From Alphaproteobacteria bacterium (GTDB lineage Bacteria; Pseudomonadota; Alphaproteobacteria; Oceanibaculales; Oceanibaculaceae): 64,000 nucleotides of DNA. Where the stretch lies: assembly GCA_018823745.1 (NCBI GenBank), contig JAHJHR010000011.1, forward strand, positions 43,802 through 107,801, given 5' to 3'. The translations under genes and the position numbers were made by a program. Below, piece by piece: positions 30,464-41,515 of this stretch (its first letter is position 1; the number at the start of each line of letters is the position of its first letter). Under the pieces are notes generated by a model. That model had not been told where the DNA came from. It searched no databases and was given only the letters and a program-made list of their open reading frames with translations.

Positions 30464-31714
30464 GTGCGGCGATATTCGATCTTTGCCCTGGCGCGCAATG
30501 CGCTGGGCTATCACGAAGGCTGGGAGCGCGCCTGGCGCAGCCCGGAGCCGAAGCCGGACTATGACGCCATCATCGTCGGTGGCGGCGGCCATGGTCTGGC
30601 GACGGCCTATTACCTCGCCAAGGAACACGGCCTGACCAATATCGCCGTGCTGGAAAAGGGCTGGCTGGGCGGCGGCAATACCGGGCGCAACACCACCATC
30701 GTGCGCTCCAACTATCTGTGGGACGAGAGTGCGGCGCTCTACGAGCATTCCCTGAAAATCTGGGAAGGGCTGAGCCAGGAGCTGAACTACAACGTCATGT
30801 TCAGCCAGCGCGGCGTCATGAACCTCGCCCATAATCTGCATGATCTGCGCGAGCTGAAGCGCCGGGCGCATGCCAACCGGCTGAACGGCATCGATTGCGA
30901 TTTCCTGAGCCGCGAGCAGGTCGGCGAATACTGCCCGCTGATCAATCTGTCGCCGGATATCCGCCATCCGGTGCTGGGGGCGACGCTGCAACGGCGCGGC
31001 GGCGTGGCGCGGCACGATGCGGTCGCCTGGGGCTTTGCCCGCGCCGCCGATGCGCGCGGCGTCGATATCATCCAGAATTGCGAGGTCACCGGCATAATGC
31101 GCGAAGGCGGCAGGGTCACTGGCGTCGAGACCAGCCGGGGCACCATCCGCGCAAAGAAGATCGGCCTGGTCACCGCCGGCCATTCCAGCGTGCTGGCCGG
31201 CATGGCCGGCATCCGTCTGCCGGTGGAAAGCCACCCGCTGCAGGCGCTGGTATCGGAGCCGGTGAAGCCGATCCTCGACACGGTCGTCATGTCGAACACC
31301 GTGCACGCCTATGTCAGCCAGTCCGACAAGGGCGAGATGGTGATCGGCGCAGGCATCGACCCCTATGTCTCCTATTCCCAGCGCGGCGGCTTCAACGTGG
31401 TGCAGGACACGCTGCACGCCATTGTCGAGATGTTCCCGATGTTCAGCCGCCTGCGCATGCTGCGGCAATGGGGCGGAATCGTCGATACCTGCCCGGATGC
31501 CAGCCCGATCCTGTCGAAAACGCCGATTGAAGGGCTGTACATCAATTGCGGCTGGGGCACCGGTGGCTTCAAGGCCACGCCCGGTTCCGGCCATGTCTTC
31601 GCCCATACCATCGCCCGCGACGAGCCGCACACACTGAACGCGCCCTTCAGCCTGGAGCGCTTCACCACCGGCCGCCTGGTCGACGAACACGGCGCGGCTG
31701 CTGTTGCGCACTGA
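30464..31714 (+). CDS. soxB: sarcosine oxidase subunit beta
   Basis: GTG start after [55 protein letters not shown]. 416 aa. Confidence 0.9.
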   Translation: MRRYSIFALARNALGYHEGWERAWRSPEPKPDYDAIIVGGGGHGLATAYYLAKEHGLTNIAVLEKGWLGGGNTGRNTTIVRSNYLWDESAALYEHSLKIWEGLSQELNYNVMFSQRGVMNLAHNLHDLRELKRRAHANRLNGIDCDFLSREQVGEYCPLINLSPDIRHPVLGATLQRRGGVARHDAVAWGFARAADARGVDIIQNCEVTGIMREGGRVTGVETSRGTIRAKKIGLVTAGHSSVLAGMAGIRLPVESHPLQALVSEPVKPILDTVVMSNTVHAYVSQSDKGEMVIGAGIDPYVSYSQRGGFNVVQDTLHAIVEMFPMFSRLRMLRQWGGIVDTCPDASPILSKTPIEGLYINCGWGTGGFKATPGSGHVFAHTIARDEPHTLNAPFSLERFTTGRLVDEHGAAAVAH

Positions 31715-31725
31715 GGAATAGACAC

Positions 31726-32007
31726 ATGCTGACCATCCCCTGCCCCTGGTGCGGCGAGCGCGACGTGCATGAATTCCGCTCCGGCGGCGAAGCGCATCTG
31801 AAACGCGAGCGCCGCGCCGACGCTCTTTCCGACGCCGAATGGGCCGATTTCCTGTTCCTGCGCGCCAATCCGAAGGGCGAGCATGCCGAGCGCTGGTATC
31901 ATGTGCATGGCTGCCGGCGCTGGTTCAACGCTGTGCGCAACACCCATACGGACACCATTCTGGCAGTCTACAAGCCGGGCGAAGCGAAGCCGGAGGCAGC
32001 TCAGTGA
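31726..32007 (+). CDS. soxD: sarcosine oxidase subunit delta
   Basis: MLTIPCPWCGERDVHEFRSGGEAH. 93 aa. Confidence 0.9.
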   Translation: MLTIPCPWCGERDVHEFRSGGEAHLKRERRADALSDAEWADFLFLRANPKGEHAERWYHVHGCRRWFNAVRNTHTDTILAVYKPGEAKPEAAQ

Positions 32008-35000
32008 ACCAGTCCCACCGCCTTCCCGCCGGCGGCCGGATCGACCGGTCGCGTAGCCTGTCCTTCACCTTTGACGGCGCGCGCTATAGCGGCCATCCGG
32101 GCGACACGCTGGCCTCGGCGCTGATCGCCAATGGCGTGCATTTGGTCGGCCGCAGCTTCAAGTATCACCGGCCACGCGGCATCCTGACAGCCGGGTCGGA
32201 GGAGCCGAACGCACTGATCCAGCTTGGCCTCGGCAACCGCACGGAGCCGAATATCCGCGCCACCCAGATCGAGCTGTATGACGGGCTGGTGGCGGCCAGC
32301 CAGAACCGCTTCCCCTCGCTGGAATTCGATCTGGGGGCGGTGAATGACACCTTGTCCCCGCTGATTCCAGCCGGCTTCTACTACAAGACCTTCATGTGGC
32401 CGCAGCGCGGCTGGATGACCTATGAACGCGCGATCCGGCGCATGGCCGGCCTAGGCCGCGCGCCGGACGGGCCGGACCCGGACCGCTACGAATACCGCCA
32501 CGCCCATTGCGACGTCCTGGTGGCCGGCGGCGGCGCTGCCGGTCTGGCCGCAGCGCTGGCGGCAGGCCGTGCCGGGGCGCGCGTCATCATTGCCGACGAA
32601 CAGGCGGAGATGGGCGGTTGGCTGCTTTCAGAGGGTGAGACTGAGATCAGCGCCAAGCCGGCTGTCGACTGGGTGGGAAAGGCCGTGACCGAGCTGGCCG
32701 GCATGGAGAATGTCACCCTGCTGCGCCGCACCACCGCCTTTGGCTATTACGATCAAAACTGGCTCGGGCTGGTGGAGCGGGTGACCGACCATCTCGGCCC
32801 CTATGCCGCCGATCATCTGCCGCGCCAGCGCCTGTGGCAGGTACGGGCGAAACAGGTGGTGCTGGCGACCGGCGCCATCGAGCGGCCGCTGGTGTTCGCC
32901 CAGAATGACCGGCCGGGCATCATGCTGGCCGCCTCGCTGCGCAGCTATATCGCCCGCTACGGCGCGCGGCCCGGCAAGGCGCTGGTGGTGTTCACCAACA
33001 ATGATAGCGGCTATCGCACGGCCCTGGTGGCGCACCAGGCCGGCATCGGCGTGACCGCCATCATCGACACCCGCATGGGGGCCGTCGGTCCCCTGCCCCA
33101 GGCCGCCCGCGCGGCGGGGCTGCGGATTTATGAAGGCCACGCGATCATCGCCACCAGTGGCCGGCTGCGCGTCGATGGCGTGCGCCTCGGCAAGCTGGCG
33201 GCCTCCGGCGATCGGATAGAAGGGTCGGGCTTCGGCATTTCCTGCGATCTCGTCGCCATGTCGGGCGGCTGGAACCCCAATGTCAGCCTGTTCTCGCAAT
33301 CGCGCGGCAAGCTGGATTTCCGGGCCGAGGACGGCGTGTTCGTACCCGGCCAGTCCTTTCAGCCTCTGCGTAGCGCCGGCACCTGCAACGGCGTGTTGTC
33401 GACCGCCGAGTGCCTGGCCGAAGGCCTTGCCGCCGGAGCGGAAGCCGCGCGCGAGGCCGGATTCGCCAACCGCAAGCCGGCCGGGCTGAAGGTGACGGAG
33501 CCGGAGTGCCCCGCCGCCGCGCCGTTCTGGCTCGCCCCGCCGGAAAAGCCGTTGGCGCGCGCGAAATGCTTCGTCGATTTCCAGAACGACGTCACCGCCG
33601 CCGATCTGAAGCTGGCCGTGCGCGAGGGCTTCCAGTCGGTCGAGCATGTGAAGCGCTACACCACCACCGGCATGGGCACCGACCAGGGCCGCACCAGCAA
33701 TGTGAACGCGCTGGCCATCGTGTCGGCGACGCTGGGACAGGACATTCCGGCGGTCGGCACCACCACCTTCCGTCCGCCCTATACGCCGACGAGCTTCGGC
33801 GCCATCGCCGGACGCAATATCGGGGCGCTGTTCGACCCGGTACGCCGCACGCCGATCCATGACTGGCATGCGGCGCACGGCGCTAAATTCGAGAATGTCG
33901 GGCAGTGGGTGCGCGCCTGGTACTACCCGAAACCGGGTGAGGATATGCACGCCGCAGTGAACCGGGAGGTTAAGGCGGCGCGTACCGGCGTCGGCATCCT
34001 GGATGCCTCGACGCTGGGCAAGATCGAGGTGAAGGGGCCGGATGCGGCAGAATTCCTGAACCGGGTCTATACCAATAGCTGGCTGAAACTCGGCATCGGC
34101 AAGGCGCGCTACGGGCTGATGCTGGGCGAGGATGGCATGGTGCGCGACGACGGCGTGACCGTCCGGCTGGGCGAGGACCGGTTCCTGATGTCCACCACCA
34201 CGGGCAATGCCGCCACGGTGATGACCAGCCTGGAGGATTACCTCCAGACCGAATGGCCGGAGCTGAAGGTCTATCTGACCTCAGTGACGGAGCAATACGC
34301 CACCCTGACCATCAACGGCCCGAAGAGCCGCGAGCTGCTGGCGGCCCTGACCGACGACATCGACACCGGCAATGAGGCTTTCCCGCATATGAGCCTGCGC
34401 GAAGGCAATGTGGCTGGCGTTCCGGCGCGGGTCATCCGCATCAGCTTCACCGGCGAGCTGTCCTACGAGATCAATGTTCGCGCCAGCCAGGGCAAGGCGG
34501 TATGGGAAGCCCTGATGAAGGCCGGGGAGCCCTTCGGCATCACCCCCTATGGCACCGAGGCGATGCATGTGCTGCGCGCCGAGAAGGGCTTCATCATCGT
34601 CGGCCAGGAAACCGATGGCTCGATGACGCCGGGCGATCTGGGCATGGACTGGATCGTCTCCAAGGTGAAGCCGGATTTCGTCGGCAAGCGCTCCCTCGCC
34701 CGCTCCGATACGGTTCGCGAGGGCCGCAAGCAGCTTGTTGGCCTGCTGACCGAAGACCGGAAAGAGGTGCTGGAGGAAGGCGCCCATGTCGTGGAGACGG
34801 TGCTGGACAAGCCGCCCATGGCGATGCTCGGCCATGTCACCTCCAGCTATTACAGCCCCAATCTGGAACGCTCCATCGCGCTGGCGGTGCTGAAAGGTGG
34901 GCGCTCGCTGATCGGCAAAACGCTGTCGGTGCCGATGCCGGACAAGGTGATCCGGGTGACGGTGACCGAGCCGGTCTTCTTCGACCCCAAGGGAGAACGC

Positions 35001-35012
35001 GCCAATGGCTGA
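32004..35012 (+). CDS. soxA: sarcosine oxidase subunit alpha
   Basis: GTG overlaps the soxD stop. FTFDGARYSGHPGDTLASALIANGVHLVGRSFKYHRPRG. C-terminal GcvT-like folate domain. 1002 aa. Confidence 0.9.
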   Translation: MNQSHRLPAGGRIDRSRSLSFTFDGARYSGHPGDTLASALIANGVHLVGRSFKYHRPRGILTAGSEEPNALIQLGLGNRTEPNIRATQIELYDGLVAASQNRFPSLEFDLGAVNDTLSPLIPAGFYYKTFMWPQRGWMTYERAIRRMAGLGRAPDGPDPDRYEYRHAHCDVLVAGGGAAGLAAALAAGRAGARVIIADEQAEMGGWLLSEGETEISAKPAVDWVGKAVTELAGMENVTLLRRTTAFGYYDQNWLGLVERVTDHLGPYAADHLPRQRLWQVRAKQVVLATGAIERPLVFAQNDRPGIMLAASLRSYIARYGARPGKALVVFTNNDSGYRTALVAHQAGIGVTAIIDTRMGAVGPLPQAARAAGLRIYEGHAIIATSGRLRVDGVRLGKLAASGDRIEGSGFGISCDLVAMSGGWNPNVSLFSQSRGKLDFRAEDGVFVPGQSFQPLRSAGTCNGVLSTAECLAEGLAAGAEAAREAGFANRKPAGLKVTEPECPAAAPFWLAPPEKPLARAKCFVDFQNDVTAADLKLAVREGFQSVEHVKRYTTTGMGTDQGRTSNVNALAIVSATLGQDIPAVGTTTFRPPYTPTSFGAIAGRNIGALFDPVRRTPIHDWHAAHGAKFENVGQWVRAWYYPKPGEDMHAAVNREVKAARTGVGILDASTLGKIEVKGPDAAEFLNRVYTNSWLKLGIGKARYGLMLGEDGMVRDDGVTVRLGEDRFLMSTTTGNAATVMTSLEDYLQTEWPELKVYLTSVTEQYATLTINGPKSRELLAALTDDIDTGNEAFPHMSLREGNVAGVPARVIRISFTGELSYEINVRASQGKAVWEALMKAGEPFGITPYGTEAMHVLRAEKGFIIVGQETDGSMTPGDLGMDWIVSKVKPDFVGKRSLARSDTVREGRKQLVGLLTEDRKEVLEEGAHVVETVLDKPPMAMLGHVTSSYYSPNLERSIALAVLKGGRSLIGKTLSVPMPDKVIRVTVTEPVFFDPKGERANG

Positions 35013-35538
35013 GATGATGCAGGATACCCCAGCCGCCATCGCGGCACTGCCGGAGTCCGGCAAGCTGATCCTGCGCGCCGATGCGGATAATGCCGATATC
35101 CGCGCCGCTATCGGCGGGGTGCTGACCGCCCCCTTGCCGGTCGAACCGCTGACCAGCATGGCGGGCGACAAGGCGACGGCGCTGTGGCTCGGTCCCGATG
35201 AATGGCTGCTGCTCTGCGCAGAAGCCGACCGGGCGGGTCTGCAGCAGGCGCTGGAGACCGCCCTGGCCAGCCAGCATGCCTCAGTCGTGGATGTATCGGA
35301 TTCCTATCAGGGATTTTCAGTGACAGGCCCGAAGGCGGCCGATCTGCTGTCCAAGGGCTGCGCCATCGATCTGCACCCGGTGGCGTTCGGGGAAGGCAAG
35401 GTGGTCCGCACTCTGCTCGCCAAGGCCGATATCACGCTGCTGCGCATTGAGGCGGGCTTCCAGCTCTACGTGCTGCGCTCCTTCGCCGAGTATACCCGCC
35501 TCTGGCTCGACGATGCCGGCCGGGAATATCGGGGGTAA
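35005..35538 (+). CDS. soxG: sarcosine oxidase subunit gamma
   Basis: Position and size fit, and LWLGPDEWLLL is typical of the gamma subunit. Confidence 0.85.
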   Translation: MAEMMQDTPAAIAALPESGKLILRADADNADIRAAIGGVLTAPLPVEPLTSMAGDKATALWLGPDEWLLLCAEADRAGLQQALETALASQHASVVDVSDSYQGFSVTGPKAADLLSKGCAIDLHPVAFGEGKVVRTLLAKADITLLRIEAGFQLYVLRSFAEYTRLWLDDAGREYRG

Positions 35539-35599
35539 GGCCGCCGAATAGCAGTGCCTGCCGCCAGGCCCTTCCAGCATCGGGCCGGCGATCTCTCCC

Positions 35600-36025
35600 C
35601 TACTCGGCCTTCTGCGCTTTCAGCAGGTCACGGATTTCCTCCAGCAGCATTTCCTGGCGCGGCGGGGTGGCGGGAACGCCGGGCTTGTCCTCTTCCTTCT
35701 TTGCCAGCTTGTTGAGCTGGCGGATCACCATGAAGATCGAGAAGGCGATGATGAGGAAGTTCACGATGGTGTTGATGAACTTGCCATAGGCCAGCGTCGC
35801 GACGCCAGCTTCCTTGGCCGCCGTCAGGCTGTCGAACTCGCCCGGCCCGAGGGTGACGAAGTAGTTGGAGAAATCCAGCCCGCCCAGCATCACGCCGAAG
35901 GGCGGCATGATCACATCGTTCACCAGCGAGGTCACGATGGCGCCGAAGGCCGTGCCCAGCACCACGCCGACCGCCAGGTCTATGACATTGCCGCGCATGG
36001 CGAACTTCTTGAATTCGTTCAGCAT
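35600..36025 (-). CDS. mscL: large-conductance mechanosensitive channel
   Basis: Trimmed to [24 protein letters not shown]. 141 aa. Confidence 0.9.
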   Translation of the reverse strand: MLNEFKKFAMRGNVIDLAVGVVLGTAFGAIVTSLVNDVIMPPFGVMLGGLDFSNYFVTLGPGEFDSLTAAKEAGVATLAYGKFINTIVNFLIIAFSIFMVIRQLNKLAKKEEDKPGVPATPPRQEMLLEEIRDLLKAQKAE

Positions 36026-36218
36026 TCCATTTTCTCCATTACCGCTCGCAACCCGCCTTTTGCGGGCCATGAATTCTGGATTTCAGCCTAGCGGATCGTT
36101 GGGACGACGCCTAGACGGTTTGGGCAGATGGCTTTTCCCGGACGTATTGAACCAAAGGTCCACCCACGGCGGCAAATAAACCGCCTGAAGGGCAAAAGGT
36201 TACATTCTCGCAATCAAA

Positions 36219-36237
36219 GCGTCACTGAACGGTCATC
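36219..36237 (+). promoter_or_regulatory. Pho-box-like direct repeat upstream of phnC
   Basis: GTCAC at 36221 and GTCAT at 36232, phased at 11 bp. Confidence 0.3.
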
Positions 36238-36259
36238 ACTCGTTTGTTAGACAAGAGCG

Positions 36260-37147
36260 ATGAAGATGACCAACGGTGATTCCATGACCGCGGCGATTAA
36301 AGTCTCTGGTCTCTCAAAGACCTTCAACGCAAAGCGCGCCAACGCCACCCGCGCCCTCAATGATTTGAGCCTGACAGTCGAGCGCGGCGAGATGGTTGCG
36401 CTGATCGGCGCTTCCGGCTCCGGCAAATCGACACTGATCCGGCACATCGCCGGCCTGGTGTCCGGCGACCCGGATCGCGGCAAGGGCGAGATCAAGGTGC
36501 TCGGCAAGAGCATGCAGAAAAGCGGCATCATCGCCAAGGATGTGCGCCGCCTGCGCTCACGTATCGGTGTGGTTTTCCAGCAGTTCAACCTGGTCAGCCG
36601 GCTGTCGCTGCTGACCAATGTGGCGACCGGCGTGCTGGGCCGCATCCCGGCCTGGCGTGGCACGCTGGCCCTGTTCTCCGACGAGGAGAAACGGCTGTCG
36701 ATGCACGCCCTCGCCCGCGTCGGCATGGACCAGTATGCCGGCCAGCGCGCCTCCACCCTGTCGGGCGGGCAGCAGCAGCGTGCCGCCATCGCGCGCGCGC
36801 TGGTGCAGCAGGCCGAAGTGCTGCTGGCCGATGAGCCCATCGCCTCGCTTGATCCGGAATCGGCGCGCCGGGTGATGGAAATCCTCGCCACCATCAACCG
36901 CGAGGACCAGATCACGGTCGTCGTCTCGCTGCATCAGGTGGATTACGCGCTGCGCTACTGCCCGCGCACCGTCGCCATGCGGGCCGGCCAGATCATCTAT
37001 GACGGCCCCAGCGAAGCGCTGACGCCGGAGTTCCTGCGTGAACTCTATGGCGCGGACAGCGAGGAGCTGATCCTGGGGGATTTCAGCGGCCAGCAGAAGG
37101 TCGCCACGCTGCGCAAGCCGCCTGCCCTGGTCGCCGCCGCGACCTGA
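36260..37147 (+). CDS. phnC: phosphonate ABC transporter ATP-binding protein
   Basis: [18 protein letters not shown] and ADEPIASLD motifs. It is followed by phnD and phnE. The start could instead be 36266 or 36284. Confidence 0.85.
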   Translation: MKMTNGDSMTAAIKVSGLSKTFNAKRANATRALNDLSLTVERGEMVALIGASGSGKSTLIRHIAGLVSGDPDRGKGEIKVLGKSMQKSGIIAKDVRRLRSRIGVVFQQFNLVSRLSLLTNVATGVLGRIPAWRGTLALFSDEEKRLSMHALARVGMDQYAGQRASTLSGGQQQRAAIARALVQQAEVLLADEPIASLDPESARRVMEILATINREDQITVVVSLHQVDYALRYCPRTVAMRAGQIIYDGPSEALTPEFLRELYGADSEELILGDFSGQQKVATLRKPPALVAAAT

Positions 37148-37232
37148 AGCCGGCTCAACCAAGCTTCGCCTTCCGGTGGAGGGCGTGGGAAACCGGGTCG
37201 TCCCGGTATGATTTTTATCAGGAGGTAGTGGA

Positions 37233-38219
37233 ATGCTTCGCAAATTCCTTGCGGGTGCCGTGGTCGCTGCGACCGCGCTGACCGCTGGCGCCGTTTCGGC
37301 GCAGGACATGAAAGAGCTGAATTTCGGCATCATCTCGACCGAATCGTCGCAGAATCTGAAAACCGTCTGGCAGCCTTTCCTGGCCGATATGGAAAAGACT
37401 CTGGGCCTGAAGGTGAATGCCTATTTCGCGCCGGACTATGCCGGCATCATCGAAGGCATGCGCTTCAAGAAGGTCGATGTCGCCTGGTACGGCAACAAGT
37501 CGGCCATGGAAGCCGTCGACCGCGCCAATGGCGAAATCTTCGTGCAGACCGTCGCCGCCGATGGCAGCGCTGGCTACTACTCGATGATCATCGCGCATAA
37601 GGACGTGCCGGTGAACAGCCTGGAAGATCTGGTGAAGGACGGCAAAGCCTACACCTTCGGGAATGGCGATCCCAACTCGACCTCCGGCTTCCTGGTACCC
37701 AGCTACTACGTGTTTGCGCTGAACGGCATCGACGCCAAGCAGCATTTCAAGCGCATGGTCAGTGCCAACCACGAGACCAACGCTCTCGCCGTTGCCAACA
37801 AGCAGGTCGATATCGCGACCAACAACACCGAGAGCATGGAACGGATCAAGCAGAACTTCCCCGAGAAGTATGCCCAGATCAAAGAAATCTGGCGCTCCCC
37901 GCTGATCCCGTCCGACCCGATCGTCTGGCGCGCCGACCTGTCGCCGGAAATGAAGGGCAAGATCAAGTCCTTCTTCATGGATTACGGTGTGAAGGGCGCG
38001 AATGTCACGGCCGAGAAGAAGGTGCTTGCCGACCTGTCCTGGGCGCCGTTCCGGGAGAGCAGCAACGACCAGCTGATCCCGATCCGTCAGCTTGAGCTGT
38101 TCCGCAGCAAGACCCGCATCGAGAATGACGACAAGATGGCGGCGGCCGAGAAGCAGCAGAAGCTGGCCGAGATCAACGCCAAGCTCGACGAGCTGAACAA
38201 GAAGATGAAGAACAACTAA
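37233..38219 (+). CDS. phnD: phosphonate ABC transporter substrate-binding protein
   Basis: Signal peptide. [14 protein letters not shown]...[25 protein letters not shown] is the PhnD pattern. Confidence 0.85.
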   Translation: MLRKFLAGAVVAATALTAGAVSAQDMKELNFGIISTESSQNLKTVWQPFLADMEKTLGLKVNAYFAPDYAGIIEGMRFKKVDVAWYGNKSAMEAVDRANGEIFVQTVAADGSAGYYSMIIAHKDVPVNSLEDLVKDGKAYTFGNGDPNSTSGFLVPSYYVFALNGIDAKQHFKRMVSANHETNALAVANKQVDIATNNTESMERIKQNFPEKYAQIKEIWRSPLIPSDPIVWRADLSPEMKGKIKSFFMDYGVKGANVTAEKKVLADLSWAPFRESSNDQLIPIRQLELFRSKTRIENDDKMAAAEKQQKLAEINAKLDELNKKMKNN

Positions 38220-38298
38220 GGTCTTCTGCCTTTTCGGGCCGGGACGCAGCCGCGTTCCGGCCCGAATTGTATCCGCCATTCCGCCCAAGGAGTTGGTC

Positions 38299-39108
38299 AT
38301 GACGACCCAGACCGGAAACGCGCCCGGCGCGATCGACTTTCCGCGCCGCGACACCAAGAAATCCCTGCTCTATTACCTGGGCTGGGGCCTGTTCCTTGCC
38401 GTGCTGGTGTGGTCCTGGGAGGGTGCCGAGATGCGCCCGCTGGACCTGATAACCGATGCCGGCAACATGGCGACCTTCGCCAGGGATTTCTTCCCGCCCG
38501 ATTTCCGGCAGTGGGAATACTATGTCTGGGAAATGGTCACCACGGTGCAGATTGCGCTCTGGGGAACAGTGATGGCCATCGTCGTCGCCGTGCCCTTCGC
38601 CCTTCTGGCGTCAGAGAATATTGCCCCCTGGTGGATCAACCAGCCGGTGCGCCGGTTGATGGACGCGCTGCGCGCCATCAACGAGATGGTGTTCGCCATG
38701 CTGTTCGTCGTCGCCGTCGGCCTGGGGCCGTTCGCCGGCGTATTGGCCTTGTTCATCCACACCACCGGCGTGCTGGCCAAGCTGTTCTCCGAGGCAGTCG
38801 AGGCCATTGACCCGCGCCCGGTCGAGGGCATCCGCGCGACCGGCGCCAATGTGATCCAGGAGATCGTGTTCGGCGTCATCCCGCAGGTTCTGCCGCTGTG
38901 GATTTCCTACGCGCTGTATCGCTTCGAATCGAATGTTCGCTCCGCCACTGTGGTCGGCATGGTTGGTGCCGGCGGCATTGGCGTGGTGCTGTGGGAGGTG
39001 ATCCGCGGCTTCTACTTTGCCCAGACCTGCGCCGTCATGATCATCATCATCATTACCGTCAGCCTGCTGGACGTGATTTCCCAGCGGCTGCGCAAGATGT
39101 TCATCTGA
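38299..39108 (+). CDS. phnE: phosphonate ABC transporter permease
   Basis: ATG at 38299, 7 nt after [13 protein letters not shown]...[18 protein letters not shown] is the PhnE motif. Confidence 0.85.
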   Translation: MTTQTGNAPGAIDFPRRDTKKSLLYYLGWGLFLAVLVWSWEGAEMRPLDLITDAGNMATFARDFFPPDFRQWEYYVWEMVTTVQIALWGTVMAIVVAVPFALLASENIAPWWINQPVRRLMDALRAINEMVFAMLFVVAVGLGPFAGVLALFIHTTGVLAKLFSEAVEAIDPRPVEGIRATGANVIQEIVFGVIPQVLPLWISYALYRFESNVRSATVVGMVGAGGIGVVLWEVIRGFYFAQTCAVMIIIIITVSLLDVISQRLRKMFI

Positions 39109-39257
39109 TTTCCACGGAAGGTCTCTCCAGTACAGGCGCGGCAGCGACATATTTTAGCCGATTGGCGACGTCGCTGCCGCGATATACAGTCTTGCGAAAA
39201 GCAACGGATAACCACCAGCGCCGTCGCCATAATTATCGCTCAAGACAGGGAGACGAC

Positions 39258-40361
39258 ATGATCAATACATCTTCTGTTACCCCCCCTCGCCCGGCGCTTT
39301 CCTCCCGGATGCTGCTGGGGGCTGCCGCCGGCGCCTTCCTGTTGCTGGCGGGCGTTGCCCGGCCGGCCGCGGCCGCCGAGGCGATGCTGTTCACCTGGGA
39401 AAATCTGGCGGAGCCGGTTTTCTTCGAGGAGTACAAGAAGAAGTACAAGGCAACGCCGGAAAGCGCCCTCTTCGCCGATGAAGACGAGGCCTTCGCCAAG
39501 ATGATGGGCGGCTTCAAGCCCGATGTCATGGCGCCCTGCACCTATGAGGTGCCGCGCTGGCGCGATGCCGGCCTGCTGCAGCCGGTCGACCCGTCCAAGA
39601 TCAGCCACTGGAAGGATCTGCCGGACTCGCTGCGCAGCCTGAAGGGCATGGCGGCGGAGGGCGGCAAAGTCTGGTTCGTGCCGCAATACTGGGGCAACAC
39701 CTCGGTGACGATCCGCACCGACCTGGCACCGGAATATGCCGAGAAGAACAGCTGGGACATCCTGTGGGACCCGAAATACAAGGGACGGATCGCAGCCCTT
39801 GAGGGCGTCGACGACACTTTTGCCATCACCGCCCTGCATCTCGGCATCGACCCCTATGAGCCACTCAGCGCCGAGAACGAGAAGAAGGTTCGCGCGCATA
39901 TGACCGAGCTGGCGCAAAATCTGCGCCTGGTCACCAGCGATTCGACCACGCTGGTGCAGGCTGTCGCCTCGGGCGAGGTCGTGGCTGCGATCACCTGGAA
40001 TGATCACTACACCGAAATGAAGGCTGAAAGCCTGCCGGTGAAATTCATGCGCCCTAAGGGCATCATCACCTTCGTCTGCGGCTTCGTCATGCATAAGGAG
40101 ACGAAGAGCGTCGAGAAAGCCCAGGCGCTGATCGATTCCAACATCTCCGAGGCTTCCAGTCACTTTCTGGTCAGCGAGATGGGCTATGGCCCGAGCAACA
40201 CGAAATCGCTGAAGACCATCGATGCCGCGGTGCTGGAAAAGGCGGAACTGCCCGCCGATGTCGATGCCTTCCTGGCGTCCGGCACCTTCCAGCGCACCTT
40301 GCCCAACAAGGACATGCTGGTGCAGATGTGGCAGGAAATCCGCGCCATGTCGGGACGCTGA
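39258..40361 (+). CDS. ABC transporter substrate-binding protein, PotD/PhnS-like (family 1 SBP)
   Basis: The track ORF was trimmed to the ATG at 39258 after GGGAGA. It has a signal peptide. The substrate cannot be assigned from sequence alone. Confidence 0.75.
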   Translation: MINTSSVTPPRPALSSRMLLGAAAGAFLLLAGVARPAAAAEAMLFTWENLAEPVFFEEYKKKYKATPESALFADEDEAFAKMMGGFKPDVMAPCTYEVPRWRDAGLLQPVDPSKISHWKDLPDSLRSLKGMAAEGGKVWFVPQYWGNTSVTIRTDLAPEYAEKNSWDILWDPKYKGRIAALEGVDDTFAITALHLGIDPYEPLSAENEKKVRAHMTELAQNLRLVTSDSTTLVQAVASGEVVAAITWNDHYTEMKAESLPVKFMRPKGIITFVCGFVMHKETKSVEKAQALIDSNISEASSHFLVSEMGYGPSNTKSLKTIDAAVLEKAELPADVDAFLASGTFQRTLPNKDMLVQMWQEIRAMSGR

Positions 40362-40392
40362 GCGACAACGCCTGAACCGAGATGCACCAGGA

Positions 40393-40416
40393 AATCCCCG
40401 CTTCGGCGGGGATTTT
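40393..40416 (+). terminator. rho-independent terminator
   Basis: AATCCCCGC-TTCG-GCGGGGATT followed by TT. Confidence 0.75.
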
Positions 40417-40504
40417 CATAGGCGACGGCGTGCCTCTGGATTTTACCGTGATTTTGGGCGAAATATAGGGCTGATCAGGCCCATCCTGGGATCGAGGGAA
40501 TTTC

Positions 40505-41254
40505 ATGGCGGACGCGCCAAAGGTCGCAGCGAAACGGGCCAAGGCGGATCGCGCCCCGGCGAAACGGGGGCGGCCGCCAAAGGACAAGGGCCAGTCCCAG
40601 GTGCGCGCGCAGCGCCCCGGCACCCAGCGCGCCGTCGCCAAGGAGGCGACGCGCCTGAAGCTGATCGAGGCAACCATCGATTCAATCGCCCGCAGCGGCT
40701 TCGCCGACACCACTCTGGCCAAGGTGTCCGAGGGGGCCGGCCTGTCGCGCGGCATCGTGAATTTCCATTTCACCAGCAAGGATGCCCTGCTGGTCGAAAC
40801 CCTGACCTATCTGGCCGATGAATATACCGGCTTCTGGCGCGCCGCCATCGAGCAGGCCGGCACCGATCCCGCCGCCCAGCTGACCGCCATCATTGAGGCC
40901 GAATTCCACCCGACGGTCTGCAACCGCAAGAAAATCGCCGTCTGGTACGCCTTCTGGGGCGAGGCACGCTCGCGCCCGACCTATCTGGAGGTGTGCGAGC
41001 GCCAGGATACCGAGCATCTGCAGACCATCCGCGGCATCTGCCGCGCACTGGTCGACCAGGGCGGCTATCCGGAGGTCGATGCCGAGGATGCCGCCAACGG
41101 CCTGATGGCGCTGACCGACGGGCTGTGGCTCGACCAGCTGCTGACCCCCGCCCATTTTGACCGCGAGGCGGCACGCCGGGTCTGCCGGCTGTTCTTGGCC
41201 GGTGTCTTCCCCCGCCATTTCACCGCCCGGGCCGGCGCTGCCTCGGCGGCTTAG
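40505..41254 (+). CDS. TetR/AcrR family transcriptional regulator with basic N-terminal extension
   Basis: HTH region IEATIDSIARSGFADTTLAKVSEGAGLSRGIVNFHFTSKDALL. An alternative in-frame GTG start lies at 40601. Confidence 0.8.
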   Translation: MADAPKVAAKRAKADRAPAKRGRPPKDKGQSQVRAQRPGTQRAVAKEATRLKLIEATIDSIARSGFADTTLAKVSEGAGLSRGIVNFHFTSKDALLVETLTYLADEYTGFWRAAIEQAGTDPAAQLTAIIEAEFHPTVCNRKKIAVWYAFWGEARSRPTYLEVCERQDTEHLQTIRGICRALVDQGGYPEVDAEDAANGLMALTDGLWLDQLLTPAHFDREAARRVCRLFLAGVFPRHFTARAGAASAA

Positions 41255-41268
41255 GCTCCCCCCTCCTC

Positions 41269-41368
41269 CGTCACCCTCGGGCTTGTCCCGAGGGTCCATG
41301 GTTCCGCTTACTGGATTTCTGTCGAGTAGGCTGAACCTTGGATTCCCGGGACAAGCCCGGGAATGACG
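41269..41368 (+). repeat. double-hairpin palindromic element, family 1, copy E
   Basis: ACCCTCGGG-CTTGT-CCCGAGGGT ... ATTCCCGGG-ACAAG-CCCGGGAAT. Confidence 0.85.
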
Positions 41369-41515
41369 GGTTGAGTGTGAATGAACCGCCCTCTCTCTTG
41401 CGAAGCGCGGTATTTTCCGAATAGATAGATATCGGTAACCGTGGTGCGACAGACACCCGGAACCTGGGGGCATCGGCCGGCGACCATTGGCAGGCGAGCG
41501 AGGGAGAAGGCCCGG

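Noticed and set aside
39139-39180. An 11-bp stem GCGGCAGCGAC...GTCGCTGCCGC after phnE, as a terminator.
   Set aside because: It has a 20-nt loop and no T-run. It may still be a processing or stability element, but I cannot call it a terminator.
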